A DNA stretch of 61,536 nucleotides from an uncultured Clostridia bacterium (GTDB lineage Bacteria; Bacillota; Clostridia; Oscillospirales; Acutalibacteraceae): the NCBI GenBank assembly GCA_946041635.1, contig CAMGDG010000001.1:1-61536 (forward strand). Reading direction: 5' to 3'. The notes beneath the pieces were generated by a model. That model was not told where the DNA came from. It saw only the letters and a program-made list of their open reading frames with translations, and ran no database searches. Below, one piece after another: positions 16,708-24,668 of this stretch. The stretch's first letter is position 1. Every line of letters begins with the position of its first letter. The position numbers and the translations under genes are program-made.

Positions 16708-18665
16708 CTTATTTAACCTTGGGTTGTGTATTTCTTCCCTTTATTATGGCAATAGCGTCTGCTTTGATTAAAAACGAGAAACTGAGAAACTTCATTGTTA
16801 TTCTTGCAACCTTCACAAGTCTCGGATGTGCAATTGCTCTTTCTCAAATGCCCGACAGAATTGTCAGCATCTCATCATTGTATTTTCACATCGGCGGCTT
16901 TAACACTACTTATGCGGTTATTGCGGCATTTATGTGGTTTGCGGCAGCTTTGCTTTCACCGCAGTATTTTAAAGGACATCACAAGCTTTCAAGATATTAT
17001 TTCTTCTTCCTGTTAACTATGGGAGCAACCTTGGGAGTTTTTCTTTCGGCTGATTTATTGACAACCTTTATATTCTTTGAAATTATGTCATTCGCATCAT
17101 ATATGTGGGTTGTTCAAGAAGAAACCAAAGAAGCAATGGAGGCCGGCAAAACATATCTTGCCATCGCCGTGCTTGGCGGTATGGTCGCTTTAATGGGGCT
17201 TTTCTTGCTTTACAACATCACAGGTACATTGATGATTTCTGACCTTTATTCTGCTGTTTCAGTGGCAGGCAAATCCAAAATGCTCTATATTTCGGCATTC
17301 TGCTTATTGTTCGGTTTTGGCGCAAAGGCAGGTATGTTCCCATTACATATTTGGCTCCCGAAGGCTCACCCGGTGGCTCCCGCACCGGCAAGCGCACTTC
17401 TTTCGGGTGTGCTCACAAAAACAGGTGTATTCGGTATTTTGGTAGTTACGGGGCAAGTTCTTCCCGGTGACAAAATTTGGGGCTACACAGTACTTACTCT
17501 TGCAACTGTTACGATGGTACTCGGTGCGGTAATTGCGGTATTTTCAAACAATATAAAGCGTACACTTGCTTGCTCTTCACTTTCACAAATAGGATTTATT
17601 CTTGTGGGTGTATCAATGATTACACTTTTAAGTGAAGAAAATTCTTTGGCGGCAAACGGAACATTCCTTTATATGATTAACCATTCCATAGTAAAGCTTG
17701 TGCTCTTTCTTGCGGCAGGGGCTATTGATCTGGGTGCACACACCCTTGACCTTAACAAGTTAAAGGGTTACGGTCGAAATAAGCCGATTATTATGATTCC
17801 TTTCTTAATCGGTGCTTGTTCACTTGCGGGTATTCCGGGCTTCTGCGGTTATCTTTCAAAAACACTTGTACACGAAGCAATTGTTGAATATGCTCAGCAT
17901 TCACATTTGTTTATCATCAATGTTGTTGAATGGTTATTCCTTTTCTCAGGCGGTTTAACGGCGGCATATATGCTAAAACTCTTTGTTGCAATATTCATCG
18001 AAAAACCGACAGAAGAAACTCCAAAGGGTAAAAAGCTTTCTCCTCTTTCTGCGATTGCTCTCATAATTTCTGCAATTGCGCTTCCCGTTATCGGTGTATG
18101 CACATCATTGGTTGAAAAGATTACATACCCCATGCTATCCCTTGTTAACGGACAGCATTTTCACCACGAGATACACTATTTTTCATTTACAAACTTAAAA
18201 GGTGTGCTGATTTCACTTTCAATCGGTATTCTTGTTTATGTTTTATTCATTCGCAAGGTGCTTGTTAAAAACGGTACTTATGTGAATCCTGTTGAAAATA
18301 AGGTTTCACTTGAAGAGCAGGTATATATTCCAATTATCAAAGGACTTACAATAGTTGTGGGTGTAATTTGCAGAATTTTTGCCGACTCAACTGATTTCTT
18401 GGTGTTCATTTCCCGAAAGACAGTATTTAAAAATGAAAAAGAGCACCCTGAACACAGGCGGAAATTCTCTTATGCTCTCGGCGACATATTAGACCATTTC
18501 AAACACGACAAAGAACACACCAACTCAAATCTCTTTGTTCGTGTTTCAGAGACTGTTTCAAGAACAACGCAAAGCATTTCTGCAAACTTCTCGTTCGCCT
18601 TGTTTATGACTTGTCTCGGCGTTTGTGTCATTCTTGTTTTTCTTATAGTTTCTTTTATATCTTGA
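16704..18665 (+). CDS. mrpA: MrpA/NuoL-like large antiporter subunit (no fused MrpB-like domain)
   Basis: 653 aa with block LHIWLPKAHPVAPAPASALLSG. A long charged amphipathic segment near the C-terminus followed by a final TM helix recalls the NuoL lateral helix. Confidence 0.8.
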   Translation: MTYLTLGCVFLPFIMAIASALIKNEKLRNFIVILATFTSLGCAIALSQMPDRIVSISSLYFHIGGFNTTYAVIAAFMWFAAALLSPQYFKGHHKLSRYYFFFLLTMGATLGVFLSADLLTTFIFFEIMSFASYMWVVQEETKEAMEAGKTYLAIAVLGGMVALMGLFLLYNITGTLMISDLYSAVSVAGKSKMLYISAFCLLFGFGAKAGMFPLHIWLPKAHPVAPAPASALLSGVLTKTGVFGILVVTGQVLPGDKIWGYTVLTLATVTMVLGAVIAVFSNNIKRTLACSSLSQIGFILVGVSMITLLSEENSLAANGTFLYMINHSIVKLVLFLAAGAIDLGAHTLDLNKLKGYGRNKPIIMIPFLIGACSLAGIPGFCGYLSKTLVHEAIVEYAQHSHLFIINVVEWLFLFSGGLTAAYMLKLFVAIFIEKPTEETPKGKKLSPLSAIALIISAIALPVIGVCTSLVEKITYPMLSLVNGQHFHHEIHYFSFTNLKGVLISLSIGILVYVLFIRKVLVKNGTYVNPVENKVSLEEQVYIPIIKGLTIVVGVICRIFADSTDFLVFISRKTVFKNEKEHPEHRRKFSYALGDILDHFKHDKEHTNSNLFVRVSETVSRTTQSISANFSFALFMTCLGVCVILVFLIVSFIS

Positions 18666-18716
18666 CAAAACAATGTCTTTTCATAAAAATTGATTTTAGT
18701 ATTTAAAAAGGCGTGA

Positions 18717-18873
18717 TTTCAAACGAACAAAATTCATATTCCTGACGGATATAGCCCAAAACTGAACCGATAGGACACCCAAAGGGCGATTGACATTACC
18801 AAGCAACTCTTTCGGCAGAATTTCTGCAAAGCTCTTTCGCTTAAAAGAGTTTCCGCTCCCACCCTTTTGTTAA
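18717..18873 (+). pseudogene. asnA: 5' remnant of an aspartate-ammonia ligase (asnA-type) gene
   Basis: Translation is KIHIPDGYSPKLNR-stop-DTQRAIDITKQLFRQNFCKALSLKRVSAPTLL. It resembles AsnA N-termini (...ETxxAIxxxKxxFxxxLxxxLNLxRVSAP...). There is no start codon, there is an in-frame TAG, and the homology ends where the repeat begins. Confidence 0.5.
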
Positions 18874-19036
18874 TTGCAGCTCAGGCAGCTATCAAGGATA
18901 TGAAATAAGATAATTTCAATCTGTAATTGAACAAACTGAAACTCCCTCTGCCGAGAAATCAGCAGAGGGAGTTTTGCGTGCCGTGTGCGGCTTAGAATAA
19001 AGAATATAGACATGGTATAATCAGCTTAACAAATTT
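18867..19036 (+). repeat. Direct repeat, copy B (...AAQAAIKDMK-stop, hairpin terminator, 3' flank)
   Basis: See copy A. The att-to-atc change within the short frame is synonymous. Confidence 0.85.
18941..18975 (+). terminator. Hairpin terminator in repeat copy B, the first terminator-like structure downstream of the mrp cluster
   Basis: Same 11-bp stem and 10-nt loop as at 173..208. Confidence 0.5.
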
Positions 19037-19045
19037 GTATTTGCA

Positions 19046-19072
19046 CGGTAGGGCGGGGGCTTGCCCCCGCCG
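19046..19072. repeat. GC-rich REP-like palindrome
   Basis: CGGTAGGGCGGGGGCTTGCCCCCGCCG (GGCGGGGG/CCCCCGCC stem). Same family as the elements at 46801..46870. Confidence 0.6.
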
Positions 19073-19190
19073 TTAATTTACATTTCACATAGCTGAACCC
19101 TTAATGAATAGAAAGGCTCATATCTTTGAGGTGTATTTTCGCACAAAAACAACGACAACTTTTTTCGGCAACTAAATTTTCAGTAAAGCC

Positions 19191-19219
19191 TTGACAAGAG
19201 AGACGAATAATGCTATCAT
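19191..19219 (+). promoter_or_regulatory. Promoter of the Fur-family regulator / PTPS-like operon
   Basis: TTGACA, 17 nt, TATCAT. Confidence 0.55.
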
Positions 19220-19231
19220 TATTTTAGAAAA

Positions 19232-19256
19232 AGAATAATTCTAATTCTAATAATAA
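19232..19256. promoter_or_regulatory. AT-rich palindromic operator candidate (possible Fur-family autoregulatory box)
   Basis: AGAAT-A-ATTCT palindrome followed by AATTCTAATAAT, between the -10 element and the ATG. Confidence 0.35.
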
Positions 19257-19266
19257 AGGTATATAT

Positions 19267-19650
19267 ATGACGCAAAACGGAAAACTAATTTTAGATATTG
19301 TCATGAATTCCAACGCTCATCTCACTGCTGAGCAGATATTTTTACAATTAAAGCAAACAGCGCCGAAGATTGTATTATCTACAGTTTATAACAATCTCAA
19401 TACGCTGTGTGAACAGGGAATGCTTCGTAAGGTTTCCATTGAGGGCAGTCCCGACCGTTACGACAAAAATACAAAACACGATCACCTTGTATGTAAACAG
19501 TGTGGTGCATTGTCCGATAAGACTTTTGCTGATCTTACAGAGAGTCTTTCTGCTCAGCTTGGCGAGCCTATCCTTTCTTATGACTTGAAAGTGAATTACA
19601 TTTGCCCTTCGTGTAGAAAAAAATACAGTGCAACATATTTGTCGATATAA
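19267..19650 (+). CDS. Fur-family metalloregulator (Zur/PerR/Fur not distinguishable)
   Basis: 127 aa with a winged-helix N-terminus (LTAEQIFLQLK...STVYNNLNTL) and paired CxxC motifs (CKQCG ... CPSC). Confidence 0.85.
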   Translation: MTQNGKLILDIVMNSNAHLTAEQIFLQLKQTAPKIVLSTVYNNLNTLCEQGMLRKVSIEGSPDRYDKNTKHDHLVCKQCGALSDKTFADLTESLSAQLGEPILSYDLKVNYICPSCRKKYSATYLSI

Positions 19651-19706
19651 AATGCATAGTAGGGTTTTCTGCCCACTATATATAATTGTTCAAGGAGGAT
19701 ATAACT

Positions 19707-20273
19707 ATGAGAAGCATTACAACACTTGATCTGCAATATGCACACCGTTTTTATGGGTTTAAAGGAGAAGCCCAGTATTTGCACGGTCACACAGGTGTCT
19801 TGACCATTGAGGTTGAAGATACGGTAAACGAAGGAGTCAATATGGTGTTCCCATGCAATGAGATCCAGAAAACAGCATGGGATGTTCTTAAGAATTTTGA
19901 CCATGCGTTAGTTTTGCGTGAGGACGATCCGTTACTCCCGGCAATTCTCGATGTATACGAGAAACAGGGCATTAAAGACGGACACCCTAACAATCAGATG
20001 AAAGGCGAGGCATTTAAAACCGAACTTGCAGTTGCATATCCCGACTGCCGCCTTGTTGTTACCAAAGAAACCATGACGGTTGAGGGTATGATCAAAATCG
20101 TATACGATTTACTTAAAGACAAGTTGAACATTGCGAAGATCACTTTTACAAGCGGTGTTAATGCTGCAACCGCGGAATTTGAAACAAAAAATAAAATTGA
20201 CCGCTGCCCGTTATGTGGCATTGCTTTAAATGAAAACGGCATATGTCCGAAGTGCGGTTATAAGAAACAATAA
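19707..20273 (+). CDS. 6-pyruvoyl-tetrahydropterin synthase / QueD-family protein fused to a C-terminal zinc ribbon
   Basis: ORF from 19686 (TTG). ATG 19707 is preferred (RBS AAGGAGG). PTPS blocks YAHRF, YLHGH and FDHALVL are present. The tail reads CPLCGIALNENGICPKCG. Confidence 0.7.
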   Translation: MRSITTLDLQYAHRFYGFKGEAQYLHGHTGVLTIEVEDTVNEGVNMVFPCNEIQKTAWDVLKNFDHALVLREDDPLLPAILDVYEKQGIKDGHPNNQMKGEAFKTELAVAYPDCRLVVTKETMTVEGMIKIVYDLLKDKLNIAKITFTSGVNAATAEFETKNKIDRCPLCGIALNENGICPKCGYKKQ

Positions 20274-20290
20274 GGTTCAATAGGCAGAGA

Positions 20291-20328
20291 AAAACCGCCG
20301 CTATGGTGTTATCCAAGTGGCGGTTTTT
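20291..20328 (+). terminator. Rho-independent terminator after the PTPS-like gene
   Basis: AAAACCGCC ... GGCGGTTTTT. Confidence 0.75.
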
Positions 20329-20499
20329 CAATGCCTATCGGCTATCTCTGTCAATGGATTTTTTTCGCTGTCTTTGCGGTGGTTTCTGCTTGTAAAGCTT
20401 TATCCGGAGGGTAATGCGGAGGCTCGCCTTAATCTGCGGGGCGGCGGTTATCTTTATATTTACTGCAACAAGCACGGACTTATGAAAAAGAAAATATAA

Positions 20500-20546
20500 A
20501 AAACAGAGAGCGCAAACTGCGAATTTGCGTTCTCTGTTTTATTTTA
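20500..20546. terminator. Bidirectional terminator (serves the ACT-domain gene on the minus strand)
   Basis: 15-bp stem AACAGAGAGCGCAAA/TTTGCGTTCTCTGTT (one G:U pair) flanked by A-run and T-run. Confidence 0.8.
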
Positions 20547-20553
20547 GGAGTAT

Positions 20554-20985
20554 TTATTTTATATTCAGCTCATTGGGGCAAACAGGCTTCATATTGTGCT
20601 CGCCGAGAAGCTTTACAAATTTATCCTCATCGGAGATACGGAATACCATATATGCAGTACCGTTTTGCTGTGTAAGCAGAGAATACATATACTCAATAGC
20701 AATATCGCCCTCTGCAAGAATTTCAAGCAACTCGTTAAGTCCTGCCGGCTTGTCGGGAACGGCAACCGCCATAACGGGATTTACGGAAAGTATGTTTCCG
20801 TTTGCCAAAAGAGCCGCAGAAGCACGCTCTGAATCGTCCGTAATCAAACGGAGAACGCCGTAATCTGCCGTTTCTGCTATTGAGAGAGCACGCAGATTGA
20901 TATTGTTAGCCGCAAGCAAACGGGTAACCTCTGCAAGACCGCCTGTGCGGTTTTCCAAAAAAACTGAAATTTGGTTTATATGCAT
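20554..20985 (-). CDS. ACT domain-containing protein
   Basis: 143 aa starting MHINQISVFLENRTGGLAEVTRLLA, with two ACT-like halves. This is the usual partner downstream of paaK in iorAB clusters. Confidence 0.8.
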   Translation of the reverse strand: MHINQISVFLENRTGGLAEVTRLLAANNINLRALSIAETADYGVLRLITDDSERASAALLANGNILSVNPVMAVAVPDKPAGLNELLEILAEGDIAIEYMYSLLTQQNGTAYMVFRISDEDKFVKLLGEHNMKPVCPNELNIK

Positions 20986-20998
20986 AACTCAATCCTCC

Positions 20999-22297
20999 TT
21001 AAATTTTACGGTTATCAATAACGCGGACTGCCTTGCCCTCGCTTCGTGCTATTGTCTTGGGAGCAACAAGCTTAACCTTTGCATAAATACCAAGCATTGC
21101 TTTAAGTGCGGCAACAAGGCTCTTTTCCATCTCGGTAATCTTGCTCAGTGAGTCGGAGAAGTTTTCGGGGGTCATTTCAACCTGAACTTCAAGCGTATCG
21201 GAATTGTTTACACGGTCAACAATTATCTGATAGTTTGCAGGATAGCCCTGTTCAAGAAGAACGGTTTCAATCTGTGAGGGGAACACATTAACGCCCTTGA
21301 TGATAAGCATATCATCACTGCGTCCCATAGGCTTACTCATTTTTACAAGAGTACGGCCGCAGGAGCAGGGCTTGCGTGAAAGCACGCAGATATCACGGGT
21401 GCGGTAACGAAGCAGGGGGAAGGCCTCTTTTGTAATTGAGGTGAAAACAAGCTCGCCCTTTGAACCCTCGGGAAGAACCTCGCCTGTTTCGGGGTCAATA
21501 ATTTCCGCAATAAAGTGGTCTTCATTGATGTGCATACCTGTTTGTTCCTGACATTCAAAGCTTACGCCGGGACCTGAAATTTCCGTAAGTCCATAAATAT
21601 CATAAGCCTTGATACCGAGTTTTTCCTCAATATCGTGACGCATATTTTCACTCCACGCTTCTGCGCCGAAAATACCTGCTTTAAGCTTGATTTTGTCACG
21701 GAGCCCTCTTTCGTGAATGGACTCTGCAAGATATGCGGCATAGGAGGGAGTACAGCAAATAATTGTTGCGCCCAAATCCGTCATAAACTGGAGCTGACGG
21801 TCTGTGTTGCCCGAGGACATGGGGAGAGTAAGACAGCCTGCTCTGTGTGAACCGCCGTTAAGTCCGGGGCCGCCTGTGAAAAGACCGTAGCCGTAGCTTA
21901 CCTGGCAAACATCTTCGTTTGTGCCGCCAACGGCAACAATGGCTCTTGCACAGCAGTCCTCCCACAAATCAATATCGTGCTGAGTGTAGAAGGCAACAAC
22001 ACGCTTGCCGGTTGTACCCGATGTTGACTGAATACGGACGCAATCCTTTAAAGGTGCGCCCACAAGTCCGTAAGGATACGCTTCACGCAGGTCGTCCTTT
22101 GTTAAAAACGGAAGTTTGTGAAGGTCGTCAACACTCTTAATGTCGTCGGGTGTTACGCCCTTTTCTTCCATTTTCTTGCGGTAATAAGGAACATTGTCCC
22201 ACACATGTTTAACCTGCTTTACCAAGCGCTCGCTTTGCCAAGCTCGAATCTGCTCCTGTGAAGCAGTTTCGATTTCAGGCTGATAATATCTGTTCAT
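20999..22297 (-). CDS. paaK: Phenylacetate-CoA ligase family enzyme
   Basis: ORF to 22306 (TTG). ATG 22297 is preferred (RBS AAGGAG). Contains YYQPEIE...WQSERL and STSGTTGK. Confidence 0.9.
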   Translation of the reverse strand: MNRYYQPEIETASQEQIRAWQSERLVKQVKHVWDNVPYYRKKMEEKGVTPDDIKSVDDLHKLPFLTKDDLREAYPYGLVGAPLKDCVRIQSTSGTTGKRVVAFYTQHDIDLWEDCCARAIVAVGGTNEDVCQVSYGYGLFTGGPGLNGGSHRAGCLTLPMSSGNTDRQLQFMTDLGATIICCTPSYAAYLAESIHERGLRDKIKLKAGIFGAEAWSENMRHDIEEKLGIKAYDIYGLTEISGPGVSFECQEQTGMHINEDHFIAEIIDPETGEVLPEGSKGELVFTSITKEAFPLLRYRTRDICVLSRKPCSCGRTLVKMSKPMGRSDDMLIIKGVNVFPSQIETVLLEQGYPANYQIIVDRVNNSDTLEVQVEMTPENFSDSLSKITEMEKSLVAALKAMLGIYAKVKLVAPKTIARSEGKAVRVIDNRKI

Positions 22298-22326
22298 CTT
22301 AACCAACTCCTTGTTTATTTTGAGAT

Positions 22327-22899
22327 TCAGGCGTTTTTGCCCAAATCAAATGCTTTTTTGTTCATTTCAAGGAACTTTTGAGGAACGCTGTCCTCAATGG
22401 CTTTCATCCATTCTTCCTCTGTGAAATCAAAGTATTTTGAAAGCCTGCCCATGAGCACAATGTTGACAGCTTTTGAAGAACCTGCCTTTTCTGCAAGGCT
22501 CAATGCGTCAAAAGCGTCAATTTCAATGCCCGCTGAACGGATTTTTTCCGCAAGGTCGGCAGGATACTCTGCCGCGCCTGTAATAACGGGCATAGGATTG
22601 ATTTCCTGTGTGTTTGTAATGATTTTGCCGTCGGGTTTAAGGTATTCCGTCCAGCGTGCGGCTTCAAGCAGCTCGAAGGATACGATGAAATCTGCCTCGC
22701 CCTTATCAATAATGGGGGAGTAAACCTTATCGCCGAAGCGTACATATGTAACAACGCTGCCGCCTCGCTGACTCATACCGTGAACCTCGGATACCTTTAT
22801 ATCATATCCCTTTGTAAGCAAAAGCTTGCCAATAAGCTTTGATGCAAGAAGGCTTCCCTGACCGCCTACGCCGACTATCATAATATTCTTTGTTTCCAT
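22327..22899 (-). CDS. iorB: Indolepyruvate:ferredoxin oxidoreductase subunit beta
   Basis: 190 aa with the IMIVGVGGQG gamma-domain type fold. Confidence 0.9.
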   Translation of the reverse strand: METKNIMIVGVGGQGSLLASKLIGKLLLTKGYDIKVSEVHGMSQRGGSVVTYVRFGDKVYSPIIDKGEADFIVSFELLEAARWTEYLKPDGKIITNTQEINPMPVITGAAEYPADLAEKIRSAGIEIDAFDALSLAEKAGSSKAVNIVLMGRLSKYFDFTEEEWMKAIEDSVPQKFLEMNKKAFDLGKNA

Positions 22900-22901
22900 A
22901 A

Positions 22902-24650
22902 TCAGTCCTCCTTCGGTGCTTTGAGCGCATCAAATTTACAAAGCTGTTCGCAAACTCCGCAGCCTGTGCAAAGGGTGTTGTCAACTTTTGCCTTACCGTT
23001 TTCCATGCTGATAGCGGGGCAACCTATTTTCATACACATTTTACAGCTTCTGCACTTGTCTGCGTCAACAATAAGAGGCTTATTGTGCTTAACATACTTT
23101 AACAGTGCACAGGGACGGCGTGAAATAATTACGGAGGGCTCGTCAACGCTTAATTCCTCTTTAATCGCCGTGTCGCACTCATTGAGGTTATAGGGGTCAA
23201 CAACGCGCACACGGTTAATTCCGACTGCCTTGCAAAGCTCTTCAAGATTTATCTTTGCGGCGGGGTCGCCCTTGATATTGTATCCCGTTGTGGGGTTCTG
23301 CTGATGACCTGTCATACCCGTAATGGAGTTATCAAGGATAATAACCGTTGAATTTGAGGCGTTGTAGGAAATATTTACAAGTCCCGTAATACCCGAGTGC
23401 ATAAAGGTTGAATCGCCGATAACACAAACGGTTTTCTTCTCGCTTTGGGCTCCGCCTGCTTTATTGAAACCGTGAATACCCGAAACGGAAGCACCCATAC
23501 AAAGCGTGGAATCCAGCGCAAACAACGGTGCCGCACTGCCGAGAGTATAGCAACCGATGTCGCCTAATGCGGTGATTTTGTTCTTTGCAAGTATGTAGAA
23601 AAGTCCACGGTGAGGACAGCCTGCACACATGACAGGGGGGCGTATCGGGATAACAGCGTCGGTGGCTTTGCCTTCGGGCATATCCATACCGAATGCTTTG
23701 CGGATTGTATTCTGATTAAACTCGCCTAAAAGTGAGAACATCTCTTTTCCTACGCAGGGAATACCCAGCGTGTTAAGGTGAGTTTCGATAATCGGGTCGA
23801 GCTCTTCAATAACATAGAGCTTGTCAACATATTCCGCAAAATCCTTGATAATTTCAACGGGAAGCGGATTTACAAGACCGAGCTTTAATACGGAAACCGA
23901 GTCGCCGAATACCTCTTTAACATATTGGTAACAAGTACCTGAGCAGATAATGCCCATTTCCTTAGATGTTTTTTCAACTTTGTTAAGGGTTGTAATTTCG
24001 CCGAGAGCCTGAAGCTTCTTTGTTCTCTCCTCAACAAAGGGATGGCGGCGAATTGCGTTTGCAGGAGCCATTATGTACTTCTGCGGATTTTTTTCGTAAT
24101 CGGGAAGACTTATCTCTTCTCTGTCACAAAGCTCAACAGAACTTTGTGAGTGCGCAATTCTTGTGCACATACGGATAATTACGGGAGTATCGTATTCCTC
24201 GGAGATTTTGTAAGCCTCTTTCACAAACTCCTTTGCTTCGGCTGAATCGGAAGGCTCAAGCATAGGAACTTTCGCCGCAATGGCATAGTGACGGGAGTCC
24301 TGTTCGTTCTGGGAGGAGTGCATGGCAGGGTCGTCTGCCACGAAAAGCACCATACCGCCGTTAACACCCGTATAAGAGAGTGTAAAGAGGGGGTCGGCGG
24401 CTACATTAAGACCTACATGCTTCATAGCACAGGCACTGCGAGCGCCTCGGAGCGACGCACCGAAAGCTACCTCGGTTGCAACCTTTTCGTTAGGCGCCCA
24501 TTCGCAGTAAATTTCATCATATTTTGCCGCAAACTCTGTTATTTCGGTGGAGGGTGTACCGGGATAACTTGATACAACCCTAACGCCTGCTTCATAAAGT
24601 CCGCGTGCAATGGCTTCGTTGCCAAGCATTAACTTTTTCAATTTTTTCAC
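22902..24650 (-). CDS. iorA: Indolepyruvate:ferredoxin oxidoreductase subunit alpha
   Basis: 582 aa with TPP block GDSTFMHSG and C-terminal 2x[4Fe-4S] motifs CRSCKMCMKIGCP and CTGCGVCEQLC. Confidence 0.92.
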   Translation of the reverse strand: MKKLKKLMLGNEAIARGLYEAGVRVVSSYPGTPSTEITEFAAKYDEIYCEWAPNEKVATEVAFGASLRGARSACAMKHVGLNVAADPLFTLSYTGVNGGMVLFVADDPAMHSSQNEQDSRHYAIAAKVPMLEPSDSAEAKEFVKEAYKISEEYDTPVIIRMCTRIAHSQSSVELCDREEISLPDYEKNPQKYIMAPANAIRRHPFVEERTKKLQALGEITTLNKVEKTSKEMGIICSGTCYQYVKEVFGDSVSVLKLGLVNPLPVEIIKDFAEYVDKLYVIEELDPIIETHLNTLGIPCVGKEMFSLLGEFNQNTIRKAFGMDMPEGKATDAVIPIRPPVMCAGCPHRGLFYILAKNKITALGDIGCYTLGSAAPLFALDSTLCMGASVSGIHGFNKAGGAQSEKKTVCVIGDSTFMHSGITGLVNISYNASNSTVIILDNSITGMTGHQQNPTTGYNIKGDPAAKINLEELCKAVGINRVRVVDPYNLNECDTAIKEELSVDEPSVIISRRPCALLKYVKHNKPLIVDADKCRSCKMCMKIGCPAISMENGKAKVDNTLCTGCGVCEQLCKFDALKAPKED

Positions 24651-24668
24651 CTTTTAATATAAATTTTA

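Noticed and set aside
19651-19706. preQ1 riboswitch upstream of the QueD-family gene
   Set aside because: There is a hairpin, ATAGTAGGG-TTTTCT-GCCCACTAT. Its loop is only ~7 nt, it lacks the conserved loop residues, and the 3' tail is not the A-rich ACUA(A/G)GG pseudoknot partner. It is more likely a weak attenuator or an inter-cistronic structure.
20317-20499. 60-aa ORF (GTG start)
   Set aside because: It starts inside the terminator hairpin, has no RBS and its composition is not protein-like.
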